This document shows positions 46,342-57,703 of a stretch of DNA of 64,000 bases, piece by piece. The stretch spans positions 123 to 64,122 of the forward strand of contig CALIIC010000027.1 in NCBI GenBank assembly GCA_938020445.1. The letters run 5' to 3'. Source of the DNA: an uncultured Flavobacteriaceae bacterium. GTDB lineage: Bacteria; Bacteroidota; Bacteroidia; Flavobacteriales; Flavobacteriaceae. The notes under the pieces are model-generated. The model had not been told where the DNA came from and ran no database searches. It was given only the letters and a program-made list of their open reading frames with translations. How positions within the stretch are numbered: the stretch's first letter is position 1; each line of letters starts with the position of its first letter. The position numbers and the translations under genes were made by a program.

Positions 46342-47265
46342 ATGAAAGTACAATGGAAAGGCGTAATGCCAGCGGTCACCACCAAATTCAAGGATGATGA
46401 TAGCTTAGACTTGGCAATGTTCGCCACGAACATAAAGGCACAACTTCAGGCTGGTGTGCATGGCATTATTTTGGGAGGTTCCCTGGGAGAGGCCAGCACA
46501 CTTGAAAAGCATGAGAAATTGGTGCTTATCAAAGAGGCTGTAGGTTTAGCCGAAGGAACGGTCCCTGTAGCGATGACCATTGCCGAACAAGCGACTAAAT
46601 CGGCGATTGAAGCAGCGCAATCGGCGGAAAAAGCGGGCGCAAATGCTTTAATGGTATTGCCTCCAATGCGGTATAAATCAACAGATCACGAAACGGTGGT
46701 CTATTTCAAGGAAATTGCTAAAAATAGTAATTTGCCCATAATGATCTACAACAATCCAGTGGATTATAAAATAGAGGTTACAGTGCGCATGTTCGAAGAA
46801 TTGATGACAATAAAATCAATTCAAGCGGTAAAGGAATCTACAAGAGATATCACAAATATTGGCCGCCTTCGAAATCGATTTGGAGATGATTTGGCTATTT
46901 TATGCGGTGTTGATACCCTTGCCATGGAAAGCCTTCTTATTGGCGCCGACGGCTGGGTTGCTGGCTTGGTATGCGCTTTTCCGGCTGAAACAGTGGCGAT
47001 TTATGAACTGTCAAAAGCTGGGAGAATAGAAGAAGCACTTGAGATCTATCGTTGGTTTTTACCACTTTTGGAATTGGATATAAGTCCGCAACTGGTTCAA
47101 AATATTAAACTGGCCGAAGTAGCTACGGGGATTGGCACTGAGCAGGTAAGGGCCCCCAGGCTTTCATTACAGGGTGCGGAACGCAAACGAGTACAACAGA
47201 TTATTGAAACTGGTCTGCGAACTAGACCTACACTCCCGGCATATAAAAATCTCAACCTAGTATAA
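46342..47265 (+). CDS. DapA family protein, probable 1-pyrroline-4-hydroxy-2-carboxylate deaminase
   Basis: GSLGE, IYNNP, AVKES; hydroxyproline operon context. Confidence 0.85.
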   Translation: MKVQWKGVMPAVTTKFKDDDSLDLAMFATNIKAQLQAGVHGIILGGSLGEASTLEKHEKLVLIKEAVGLAEGTVPVAMTIAEQATKSAIEAAQSAEKAGANALMVLPPMRYKSTDHETVVYFKEIAKNSNLPIMIYNNPVDYKIEVTVRMFEELMTIKSIQAVKESTRDITNIGRLRNRFGDDLAILCGVDTLAMESLLIGADGWVAGLVCAFPAETVAIYELSKAGRIEEALEIYRWFLPLLELDISPQLVQNIKLAEVATGIGTEQVRAPRLSLQGAERKRVQQIIETGLRTRPTLPAYKNLNLV

Positions 47266-47298
47266 TTTAATCGGAAAACCGAATTAACGCGTAAATCA

Positions 47299-48885
47299 AT
47301 GATGACAGGAAAAAATCATATTGGATTCGATTTGTCTGCAGAAGGCATAACAACCTATAAAACATTCAATCCATTACTGAACATAGAAAATGAACCTATA
47401 TATACCGAAGCATCGAACAATGAGGTAGATAGGGCAGTGGCATTGGCCACAACGGCATTTAAAGAGTTTAGAACGATAGAAGCTTCGAAGAAGGCAGCTT
47501 TCTTAGATGCAATCGCGGACGAAATTTTAGCGTTAGATGATGTCTTGGTGCAGGTTTATTGTTCAGAAACCGGTCTTCCCGAAGGAAGGGCAAAAGGTGA
47601 ACGCGGGAGAACCATAGGGCAGCTTCGTGCCTTTGCAGAGTTGGTAAGGGAAGGTTCTTGGGTAGAAGCGGCCATTGATACAGCACAACCGGAACGAACG
47701 CCTGCCCCCAAGGTAGATATACGAAAAATGAGTATTCCTCTGGGGCCTATTGTAGTTTTTGGTGCCAGTAACTTTCCGTTGGCCTATTCTACGGCTGGTG
47801 GTGATACTGCGGCCGCTCTTGCCGCGGGATGCCCGGTAATCGTTAAAAGCCACCCCATGCACGCTGGGACGGGAGAACTTGTGGCGTCCGCAATTGTGAA
47901 TGCTGCCTTGAAAACGGGTATGCCGAATGGCGTTTTTTCGAATTTAAATAGCAGTGGTATTGAAGTAGGGGTACAATTAGTAAAACACCCAGGTGTTAAG
48001 GGTGTAGGCTTTACTGGAAGTATTCGTGGAGGACGTGCCTTGTTCGATTTGGCATCTCAAAGAGAAGAACCCATCCCCGTTTTCGCCGAAATGGGAAGTG
48101 TGAACCCCGTGGTGGCGCTACCATCTGCCCTTCGTGATAAAGGAAATGAATGGGCAAAGCAATATGCCGGTTCTATCACCTTGGGAGCTGGTCAGTTTTG
48201 CACCAATCCGGGCTTGATTTTTGGAATTAAGAGTACAACACTCGATAATTTTATAAAGACTTTGGGCGAAGAGATTGAACAAATAGCGCCTTTATGTATG
48301 TTGCACCCTACAATCCACAACAATTATGAAAAAGGCAAGTCAATACTGTCTTCGCAGGGAGGCGTCACCATTGCAGCGTCTTATGAGGGCACCGTATCTG
48401 CCAATTACGGCTCGCAAAAAGTGATTACGGTCAACGGAGTCAATTTTTTAAAAAACCCCACCCTGCATAAAGAAGTGTTCGGACCATTTTCTGTAGTAGT
48501 GCGTTGTGCCGACATGGAAGAACTCAACACTATTATTAGTAAGTTGGAAGGTCAACTTACCGGTACCATCCTTGGAGATAATACAGAATTGGAATCGAGT
48601 CATACGCTAATCGAAACACTCCAGGGGAGGGTGGGTCGTATTATTTTTAATGGGGTTCCCACTGGCGTGGAGGTATGCCCATCGATGCAACATGGCGGTC
48701 CGTATCCCGCATCTACCGATAGCCGATTCGGAGCAGTAGGAATACATTCTATAAAGCGCTGGGTGAGGCCCTTGAGTTATCAAAACTGGCCAGATCATTC
48801 TTTGCCAAAAGAACTAAAAAATAGTAACCCATTGAAAATTAGTAGATTGGTTAATGGTAAATCAACAAAAGATGCAATTCAATAA
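47299..48885 (+). CDS. Alpha-ketoglutaric semialdehyde dehydrogenase (NADP+ ALDH)
   Basis: FGASNFPLA, FTGS, EMGSVNP, GQFCTNPG, HGGPYPA. Confidence 0.88.
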   Translation: MMTGKNHIGFDLSAEGITTYKTFNPLLNIENEPIYTEASNNEVDRAVALATTAFKEFRTIEASKKAAFLDAIADEILALDDVLVQVYCSETGLPEGRAKGERGRTIGQLRAFAELVREGSWVEAAIDTAQPERTPAPKVDIRKMSIPLGPIVVFGASNFPLAYSTAGGDTAAALAAGCPVIVKSHPMHAGTGELVASAIVNAALKTGMPNGVFSNLNSSGIEVGVQLVKHPGVKGVGFTGSIRGGRALFDLASQREEPIPVFAEMGSVNPVVALPSALRDKGNEWAKQYAGSITLGAGQFCTNPGLIFGIKSTTLDNFIKTLGEEIEQIAPLCMLHPTIHNNYEKGKSILSSQGGVTIAASYEGTVSANYGSQKVITVNGVNFLKNPTLHKEVFGPFSVVVRCADMEELNTIISKLEGQLTGTILGDNTELESSHTLIETLQGRVGRIIFNGVPTGVEVCPSMQHGGPYPASTDSRFGAVGIHSIKRWVRPLSYQNWPDHSLPKELKNSNPLKISRLVNGKSTKDAIQ

Positions 48886-50623
48886 ACTTGCAAATAGCTG
48901 TAACCTTCCCTTAATAGCCGCTTTTCTTTTCGTCCTTTTAGGATGTGCCGGTATTTCTGATGACCCGACCGAGGGCTTGGAAGAAATCATTGCAAATTAT
49001 GAAAGTCATGAGGGGTATGATGCCACAGAATTCCCGCTTGGGCTTTTCACGAAAGAGTATTATCGCAAAGAGGCTGCCTTTGCGAAGGAGCAGTTAGACG
49101 CCTTGGCAAATGTGCATTCAGAGTCCTTAAAAGAAACCGATCAGATTTCCTTTGAACTACTTCGATTTGTACTCCAAGATAAAATTGATTTCTATGAGTA
49201 TGAAAGATACCTGAACCCCTTATTGTCCGATACTGGTTTTCACAGTAACCTTGCTTACCATGTGCGCCCTTTGACCAATTACGAGCAAGTGAAGGAATAC
49301 CTAGCGAAGTTGAAGGCCATTCCCGTTTTTGTAGACCAACACCTGGTAAACCTGCGAGAAGGGCTAAAAAAAGGTGTTTCACAACCTAAGGTAATGTTTA
49401 AAGGATATGAAAGCACCTATGAAGATCACATTGTGGCTAATTATGAGGATAGTTATTATTATTCCCCCTTTTTAAAACTGCCAAGTACACTTTCCCAAAA
49501 CGTAAAAGACTCGGTACGAATAGCGGCCAAAGCGGTAATTGAAGAGAAAGTAACACCACAGTTTTATCGAATTAAGACTTTTTTTGAGGAAGAGTACCTA
49601 CCAAATACCCGAGTTTCGATAGGTGTTTCGGAGATACCAAATGGTGCGACCTATTACCAGAATAGAATTAATTTTTACACAACCAGTTCTGACTATACCG
49701 CAGAAGACATTCACCAAATCGGATTGAAAGAGGTAGCCCGTATTAAGGCCAAAATGGAGACGATTATTGAAGAATTGAACTTTGAAGGCAGCTTTGCCGA
49801 GTTTTTGACCTTTCTAAGAACAGATGAACAGTTTTACGCCAAAACCCCCGAGCAATTGCTAATGATTGCAAGGGATATGGCGAAGCGGGCCGATGAACAA
49901 TTGCCACGATTTTTTAAGACCCTACCGCGCAAGCCATACGGTGTGGCACCGGTTCCTGACGCAATTGCTCCCAAATACACTGGTGGTAGATACGTGGGTA
50001 CGGAGAAAAATAGCACGGATCCCGGCTACTATTGGGTAAATACATATGACCTGCCCAGTAGAACCTTGTATACCTTACCCTCTCTGACCGTACATGAGGC
50101 CGTTCCTGGGCATCATCTGCAGGGAGCACTCAATGCTGAACTGGGAGACAGTATTCCCCAATTTAGAAAAGACCTTTATTTATCGGCCTATGGCGAAGGC
50201 TGGGGGTTGTATACCGAGTTTTTAGCAGAGGAAATGGGAATGTATACAACACCCTATGAGCATTTTGGAAAACTAACCTATGAAATGTGGCGCGCTTGTC
50301 GCCTGGTTGTGGATACCGGGATACACGCCAAAGGATGGTCACGCGAACAAGTGGTTGATTTCATGGCCTCCAATACCGCTTTATCACTGCATGAAGTGAA
50401 TACAGAAACAGACCGTTATATTTCTTGGCCGGGACAGGCGCTTTCATATAAAATCGGGGAGCTGAAAATTCGGGAGTTGCGGGTAAAAGCCGAGGAAGCG
50501 CTGGGAACGGATTTTGATATTCGTGATTTCCATGAAATTATCTTGGAACAAGGCACGGTTACGCTGTCTATTTTAGAAAATAGAATTGAAAAGTTTATTC
50601 AAAAAACACACAATGGCTCGTAA
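48872..50623 (+). CDS. DUF885 family lipoprotein (ORF track start 48854)
   Basis: HEAVPGHHLQ, EGWGLYTE, RACRLVVDTGIH, RYISWPGQALSYKIG; lipobox LLGC. Confidence 0.9.
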   Translation: MQFNKLANSCNLPLIAAFLFVLLGCAGISDDPTEGLEEIIANYESHEGYDATEFPLGLFTKEYYRKEAAFAKEQLDALANVHSESLKETDQISFELLRFVLQDKIDFYEYERYLNPLLSDTGFHSNLAYHVRPLTNYEQVKEYLAKLKAIPVFVDQHLVNLREGLKKGVSQPKVMFKGYESTYEDHIVANYEDSYYYSPFLKLPSTLSQNVKDSVRIAAKAVIEEKVTPQFYRIKTFFEEEYLPNTRVSIGVSEIPNGATYYQNRINFYTTSSDYTAEDIHQIGLKEVARIKAKMETIIEELNFEGSFAEFLTFLRTDEQFYAKTPEQLLMIARDMAKRADEQLPRFFKTLPRKPYGVAPVPDAIAPKYTGGRYVGTEKNSTDPGYYWVNTYDLPSRTLYTLPSLTVHEAVPGHHLQGALNAELGDSIPQFRKDLYLSAYGEGWGLYTEFLAEEMGMYTTPYEHFGKLTYEMWRACRLVVDTGIHAKGWSREQVVDFMASNTALSLHEVNTETDRYISWPGQALSYKIGELKIRELRVKAEEALGTDFDIRDFHEIILEQGTVTLSILENRIEKFIQKTHNGS

Positions 50624-51620
50624 TACGTTCGAATGCATCGATGCACATACTTGCGGTAATCCCGTTCGTGTAGTGAAAAAGGGAGGACCTCAATTAGAAG
50701 GAGATAGCATGAGCGCCAAAAGACAACATTTTTTAAGAGAGTTCGATTGGATCCGAAAAGGGCTCATGTTCGAACCTCGCGGACATGATATGATGAGCGG
50801 TAGCATCTTTTACCCGCCGGCAAATCCCGAAAATGATTTTGGAATTTTATTTATTGAGACCAGTGGCTGTCTGCCGATGTGTGGTCATGGAACAATCGGT
50901 GCTATTACCATCGGTATTGAAGAAGGCTTGTTAGTACCCAAGACCCCCGGTGAAATTCGTATGGAGACTCCAGCCGGTCTTGTTCAAATCACGTACCAGA
51001 AAAGTGGAAAGAAGGTAGATTGGGTAAAGCTGACCAATGTGAAGTCCTATCTTGCCGCAACTGAATTAAGTATCTTCTGTACAGGGCTCGGGGAATTGGT
51101 TTTTGATGTCTCTTACGGAGGTAATTTTTATGCAATAATAGATCCGCAAGCAAATTTTTCAGGGATACAAGACTTTTCCGCTAGTAAACTCATTCAGTTT
51201 AGTCAAGAAATACGAACCAAAATAAATGAAAAGTATGAAGATGTTTTTGTGCACCCTGACGATAGTACTATTCGAGATGTAAGCCATATTTTATGGACCG
51301 GAGTCCCTATTGCCAATGAGGCCACTGCACGAAACGCCGTTTTTTATGGGGATAAGGCCATAGATCGTTCTCCTTGTGGCACGGGAACCTCGGCTAGAAT
51401 GGCGCAATGGCATGCCAAAGGAAAACTAGCCGTTGGCGAGCCTTTTGTGCATGAGAGTTTTATCGGTTCACAATTTATTGGCAAGATAGAAGCGGTAAGT
51501 ACCATCGCAGGGAAGTCGGCCATTGTTCCAAGCATACAAGGATGGGCCAAGGTGTATGGCCATAATACGATTGTAATCGACGACGACGACCCGTATGCCC
51601 ATGGATTTCAGGTAATTTAA
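50613..51620 (+). CDS. 4-hydroxyproline 2-epimerase (proline racemase family)
   Basis: DAHTCGNP, EPRGH, MCGHG, DRSPCGTG. Confidence 0.92.
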   Translation: MARNTFECIDAHTCGNPVRVVKKGGPQLEGDSMSAKRQHFLREFDWIRKGLMFEPRGHDMMSGSIFYPPANPENDFGILFIETSGCLPMCGHGTIGAITIGIEEGLLVPKTPGEIRMETPAGLVQITYQKSGKKVDWVKLTNVKSYLAATELSIFCTGLGELVFDVSYGGNFYAIIDPQANFSGIQDFSASKLIQFSQEIRTKINEKYEDVFVHPDDSTIRDVSHILWTGVPIANEATARNAVFYGDKAIDRSPCGTGTSARMAQWHAKGKLAVGEPFVHESFIGSQFIGKIEAVSTIAGKSAIVPSIQGWAKVYGHNTIVIDDDDPYAHGFQVI

Positions 51621-51636
51621 TTAATTTAAAGTACGA

Positions 51637-52890
51637 TTGGTTTTGAGTAAGGTTGTAATTATAGGAGGGGGAATTGTAGGTTTAAGTAGTGCCTATTATT
51701 TGCAGAAAGAGGGCCATGACGTAACGGTCATCGACAAATCTGATATTACGTCCGGCGCATCATTCGTAAATGCCGGGTACATCACACCGAGCCATATTAT
51801 TCCATTGGCCTCCCCGGGAATGATTGCTACAGGTATAAAAATGATGTTCAATTCGGCCAGTCCGTTTTATATGAAACCCCGCTGGGATACCGAATTTTTC
51901 AAATGGTCTTGGTACTTTCATAAGTCGTCGACCAAGGCGAAGGTAGAAAAGGCCATTCCCGTGATTAAAGAAATCAATATTATAAGTCGGGAACTTTTTG
52001 AAGATATCAAGGCTTCAGGTGATTTGGGGGATTTTCAATTAGAGCGAAAAGGCCTTTTGATGCTCTATAAGACTGCTGCTTCCTATGCACATGAGATGGA
52101 AGTTGCTAGAAAAGCCAGTTTTTTAGGGTTGGAAGTATCCGAATTAGACCAACAAGCGTTGGCCAAAATAGAGCCTAACATTAACATTGATGCCAAGGGA
52201 GCCATTCACTATGAGTGTGATGGGCATACCACTCCAACTGAGATTATGCCTAAATTACTACAGTACCTTAAGCAGGTTGGGGTACACATTAAAACGAACG
52301 AAGAGGTTTTAGATCTTTCATTCAAGAATCAAAGAATAGATCAAATACAAACTTCAAAAGCTTCGTATACAGCGGACGAGGTGGTGTTGGCAGCAGGTTC
52401 ATGGAGCGGTGTTTTAGCAAAAAAAATGAACCTAAAACTGCCGTTGCAGGCAGGGAAAGGGTATCGTATCAATGTAGAAAGACCCACAGGTATTGGTATG
52501 CCTGCGATTTTAATGGAAGCCAAAATGGCCGTAACCCCTATGCAAGGTTTTACCCGTTTTGCAGGTACCATGGAGTTTTCTGGTATCAATGATACCATTC
52601 GAAAAGAACGGGTTTTAGCCATCGCCAAAGGCGCAAAAACCTTTTACCCTGACTTGGAAATAACCCCAGCTGAGATAGGCGGTGCCCAAACTGGAATGCG
52701 ACCCGTTTCCCCCGATGGCCTGCCGTATATTGGCAAGGCCAAGAACTTTCAAAATTTGACCTTGGCCACCGGGCACGCAATGATGGGGTGGAGCCTGGGT
52801 CCTGCTACGGGTAAACTTGTTTCCGAGCTTATTGGAGGTCAGAAGACCTCGATGGATGTTACTCCTTTTACGCCACATCGTTCTTTTTAA
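51637..52890 (+). CDS. FAD-dependent D-amino acid dehydrogenase, probable D-hydroxyproline dehydrogenase (start may be TTG 51643)
   Basis: GGGIVG, GASFVNAG, GMRPVSPDGLP, GHAMMGWSLG. Confidence 0.88.
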   Translation: MVLSKVVIIGGGIVGLSSAYYLQKEGHDVTVIDKSDITSGASFVNAGYITPSHIIPLASPGMIATGIKMMFNSASPFYMKPRWDTEFFKWSWYFHKSSTKAKVEKAIPVIKEINIISRELFEDIKASGDLGDFQLERKGLLMLYKTAASYAHEMEVARKASFLGLEVSELDQQALAKIEPNINIDAKGAIHYECDGHTTPTEIMPKLLQYLKQVGVHIKTNEEVLDLSFKNQRIDQIQTSKASYTADEVVLAAGSWSGVLAKKMNLKLPLQAGKGYRINVERPTGIGMPAILMEAKMAVTPMQGFTRFAGTMEFSGINDTIRKERVLAIAKGAKTFYPDLEITPAEIGGAQTGMRPVSPDGLPYIGKAKNFQNLTLATGHAMMGWSLGPATGKLVSELIGGQKTSMDVTPFTPHRSF

Positions 52891-52990
52891 ATGTTCTAAT
52901 ATTTTAACAGAAAAATAGGTTTTTTGAGGGCACTTGACCGACCTGAAAAAGCGCTGTTTTTCGTACCTTTAGATGGTAAAATTGCTTGCC

Positions 52991-54370
<1,380 letters not shown>

Positions 54371-54376
54371 GAAGCT

Positions 54377-55414
54377 ATGGAAACATTTTTAGGATTGGAT
54401 TATCCCACATGGTGGTTTTTGGTAATCGGAGCGTTGTTCTCTGGTTATGCAATTTTAGATGGTTTTGATTTTGGAGCCGGAGCTTGGCATCTTTTTTTTG
54501 AGAAAGAGCATAGCAGGCGTGTGGCACTCAACGCCGTAGGCCCCGTTTGGGATGGTAACGAAGTATGGTTGGTGATTGGGGGAGGAGCTTTGTTTGCTGG
54601 TTTTCCAGTGCTATATGCTACGCTGTTTTCTTCAATGTATGTACCGTTTATGTTGTTTTTGGTGTGTATTATTTTCAGGGCCATCTCCATTGAATTTCGG
54701 GGGAAAGAAGAAATGCAATGGTGGCGTAGAACATGGGATATTGGTTATAGCGTATCTAGCATACTGCTGGCCTTTCTACTGGGTGTAATTTTGGGAAATG
54801 TATTGCAGGGTATTGCAATAGGCCCCCAATATCAGTACCAAGGTGCCGGTTTTTTCGAATTTTTAAACCCCTATGCGTTAATGACAGGAACTACCACCTT
54901 GGCTTTATTTATGGTACATGGTGCTATTTATTTGCTGCTAAAAACCGAAGGCCGTCTCTTTACAAAATTGACCCTACTCTTGAAAAAAAGCATTATTTTT
55001 TTCATGTTGAGTTTTGGCATTACCACTTTGTATACCTTGTTGTATATTCCCCATTTGTCAGACGCCTTCAAAAACAACTCCATCCTTTTTGCGGTTCCGC
55101 TCGCAACTTTTTTTAGTATTGCCAACGTTCCGCGTCTGGCCAAGAAAGGCAAGTATAGAGGGGCCTTTTTCTTTTCATGTGTTACCATTGCCCTATTGTT
55201 GACTTTGGTGGCCATCGAATTGTATCCCACCTTGTTGTTTTCCACGGTGGATCCAACATACAGCATTGATGTGTACAACGCAGCGGCTTCGACCAAGACC
55301 TTACGTATTATGATGTTGATGGTGGCCATTGGAGGGCCATTGGTGCTGGGGTATACCTATTTTGTATATAGGACTTTTAGAGGGAAAGTGATTTTAGATG
55401 AGACTAGTTATTGA
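54377..55414 (+). CDS. cydB: Cytochrome bd ubiquinol oxidase subunit II
   Basis: LDGFDFGAG, GPVWDGNEVWL. Confidence 0.96.
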   Translation: METFLGLDYPTWWFLVIGALFSGYAILDGFDFGAGAWHLFFEKEHSRRVALNAVGPVWDGNEVWLVIGGGALFAGFPVLYATLFSSMYVPFMLFLVCIIFRAISIEFRGKEEMQWWRRTWDIGYSVSSILLAFLLGVILGNVLQGIAIGPQYQYQGAGFFEFLNPYALMTGTTTLALFMVHGAIYLLLKTEGRLFTKLTLLLKKSIIFFMLSFGITTLYTLLYIPHLSDAFKNNSILFAVPLATFFSIANVPRLAKKGKYRGAFFFSCVTIALLLTLVAIELYPTLLFSTVDPTYSIDVYNAAASTKTLRIMMLMVAIGGPLVLGYTYFVYRTFRGKVILDETSY

Positions 55415-55451
55415 TCATTGGGTTGGTTTAAGTCTGACGGAGATTGAGCTG

Positions 55452-55883
55452 CTAACAGGAAGAGTCTGCAACAATTTTCCATTCCCCATCAATCCGCTTA
55501 AAAATTATCATGAAAGTGCCACTGGCATCGCCCACCTCGCGGGTTAGAAAGTATTGCCCCATAACCCAATAGGCGTCCACATTAATTTTCCCTATATTAT
55601 CTATCTGAAAATTCAATTCCCCAGTATCTTTTGGTGTTGGGTATCCCTTTTTATATTTATTTAAAGTGGTTTGCCAGCCTCGATTTACTTTTCCTTGACT
55701 GTAATAGGTAAGCGAATCGGATTGCCAATAACCGTCCATAAAGCCCTCCAAATCATGATTTGACCACGCTTCTTGTTGCTGTTTCATAATGGTGCGTATG
55801 GCTTGCAAATCTTTTTCCCCTGAGGATTGACCATTCATGATAAAAGATAGGAGCAGGGCGAAGGTGAAAACAAGGTTTTTCAT
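55452..55883 (-). CDS. NTF2-like / DUF4440 exported protein
   Basis: AWSNHDLEGFMDGYW, WKIVADSS. Confidence 0.82.
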   Translation of the reverse strand: MKNLVFTFALLLSFIMNGQSSGEKDLQAIRTIMKQQQEAWSNHDLEGFMDGYWQSDSLTYYSQGKVNRGWQTTLNKYKKGYPTPKDTGELNFQIDNIGKINVDAYWVMGQYFLTREVGDASGTFMIIFKRIDGEWKIVADSSC

Positions 55884-55907
55884 ATGGATTCTGTTTTCTC
55901 TAAAGAT

Positions 55908-55949
55908 AAAAAAGAAACCCCGAAATCAATTACTGTTGATTTCGGGGTT
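55908..55949 (-). terminator. Intrinsic terminator after the Bax-inhibitor gene
   Basis: 14-bp stem AACCCCGAAATCAA / TTGATTTCGGGGTT with U-rich tail on the minus strand. Confidence 0.75.
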
Positions 55950-55972
55950 CGAATATAAATCGATATGATTTG

Positions 55973-56680
55973 TTAATCGCTTGATAGGATGCTTAAAATA
56001 TACCAAAACAGTAACATCAAAGATGCAAATAAGCCCAAGGATGCGACCACATACTGGTCTTCTTGGTATTTGTGTATGATATTGGAAGTTTGATAAAGAA
56101 TAGAACCGGAAGCCAACACCACCATACCGGCACTGAACCAAAGGCCCAGATTAAATCCAAAAAGGATACCTGCGGCAATTAATCCCAAGGCAATGGCGAA
56201 ACCAACGGCAAGAATAGATTTTAAAAATGAAAAGTCTTTTTTGGTCATGAATACAACTGCCGTAAGTCCGGTAAATAATGACAGTGTTAGGATTGCCGCT
56301 TGGTTTAAGATATCAAAGCCCCCATCACCAGCCATTTGCATAGCAATAAAAATCAGCGGAATAAAAATAAATGCTTCTGCAACCACATATAATACAAGGC
56401 CTACATAATGCATTTGTGTATTGGTACTATTGCTTGCGAGTTTCTCCGCATAGTTGGTGACCAACATGAATCCGCCTAGCATGACCAACCAGAGGTAGCC
56501 TTGGGTCAATGACAAAGCAAAATTAACAAGTGGTTCTATTTGAAAGAATAAGGTTTCAACGAGCACAAAAAGCAGTACGGCACCTGCGAGATGTGTATAT
56601 GTTTTCTTGTAAAAAGTAGCACGTGCCTCTTCTGTGAGCTGGCTTACCCTTGCGGTGGTTGGCATTTGATGATTTTCCAT
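55973..56680 (-). CDS. Bax inhibitor-1/YccA family membrane protein
   Basis: FYKKTYTHL, TKKDFSFL, about 7 TM. Confidence 0.88.
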   Translation of the reverse strand: MENHQMPTTARVSQLTEEARATFYKKTYTHLAGAVLLFVLVETLFFQIEPLVNFALSLTQGYLWLVMLGGFMLVTNYAEKLASNSTNTQMHYVGLVLYVVAEAFIFIPLIFIAMQMAGDGGFDILNQAAILTLSLFTGLTAVVFMTKKDFSFLKSILAVGFAIALGLIAAGILFGFNLGLWFSAGMVVLASGSILYQTSNIIHKYQEDQYVVASLGLFASLMLLFWYILSILSSD

Positions 56681-56764
56681 AAATTAGGTTTGTATAGGTT
56701 AGAGATAAAAAACGGTTGTTTTGTGAACTTGTTATTATTTTTTGTTGAAATACAATTTTACTGG

Positions 56765-57571
56765 TTATACGCCGCTAAAAGCGCCAAAACCTCCATCTAC
56801 CGGCAATACGATTCCCGTGATGAAACTCGCCGCTTCACTAGCTAAAAAATGAATTGCACCATTCAACTCATCGGCATTTCCGAATCTTGCCATCGGGGTG
56901 TTCCGAATAATGGTTGTGCCACGTTCCGTATACGAACCATCTGCATTTGTTAGTAAATCTTTGTTTTGTTTCCCAATGAAAAAGCCTGGTGCGATCGCGT
57001 TTACCCGAATACCATCACCAAACTTTAGAGCCATTTCAACGGCCATCCACCGGGTAAAATTCTCCATGGCGGCTTTGGAGGCAGAGTAACCTGCAACACG
57101 GGTAATGGTCCGAGCAACTGCCATAGAGGAGTAGTTGATAATAACGCCTTTTTTTTGTTCCGCCATTAGTTCTCCAAATACCATTGAAGGGAGTACGGTG
57201 CCATTAAGGTTTAAATCCACTACTTTGGTGAAATCACGGATGGACATATCAAAAACGTTCTTGTCTGGCCCAATTGTGGCCCCAGGAAGATTACCGCCGG
57301 CAATATTCAATAGGATATCTACTCTTCCAAAATCAGCTTTGATTTCATCGCGAACGTTGATCAAAGAATCTTTCGAAAGAATATCCACTTCATAACAATT
57401 GACTGTTCCTCCTAGACGGAGGAGTTTCTCTTGAAGTGGTTTGATGGTTTCAATACTTCTAGAAAGTAATACGAGATGAACACCTGAGTTGGCTAGGCTC
57501 TCCGCGATACTACTGGCCAAGGTGCCGCTGGCTCCTGTTATGATAGCTACTTTTCCTTCAATTTCGAACAT
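56765..57571 (-). CDS. SDR oxidoreductase, D-mannonate oxidoreductase (UxuB)-like (ORF track start 57622)
   Basis: TGASGTLA, NIAGGN, YSASK, NAIAPGFF, VDGGF. Confidence 0.85.
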   Translation of the reverse strand: MFEIEGKVAIITGASGTLASSIAESLANSGVHLVLLSRSIETIKPLQEKLLRLGGTVNCYEVDILSKDSLINVRDEIKADFGRVDILLNIAGGNLPGATIGPDKNVFDMSIRDFTKVVDLNLNGTVLPSMVFGELMAEQKKGVIINYSSMAVARTITRVAGYSASKAAMENFTRWMAVEMALKFGDGIRVNAIAPGFFIGKQNKDLLTNADGSYTERGTTIIRNTPMARFGNADELNGAIHFLASEAASFITGIVLPVDGGFGAFSGV

Positions 57572-57703
57572 TTCCTTACACCTTTTTGTTTCGTAATCGA
57601 AGATAAAACAATATTGGCTCAAAAGATAGTTGCATTTTACCGGCCTGTTGCCCTTTTTTTAAAAAACCTATATATTAGGGTAGTATGCTTTAAAGAATAG
57701 ACA

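Noticed and set aside
55415-55451. cydX/cydS small subunit after cydB
   Set aside because: Gap too short and no suitable ORF
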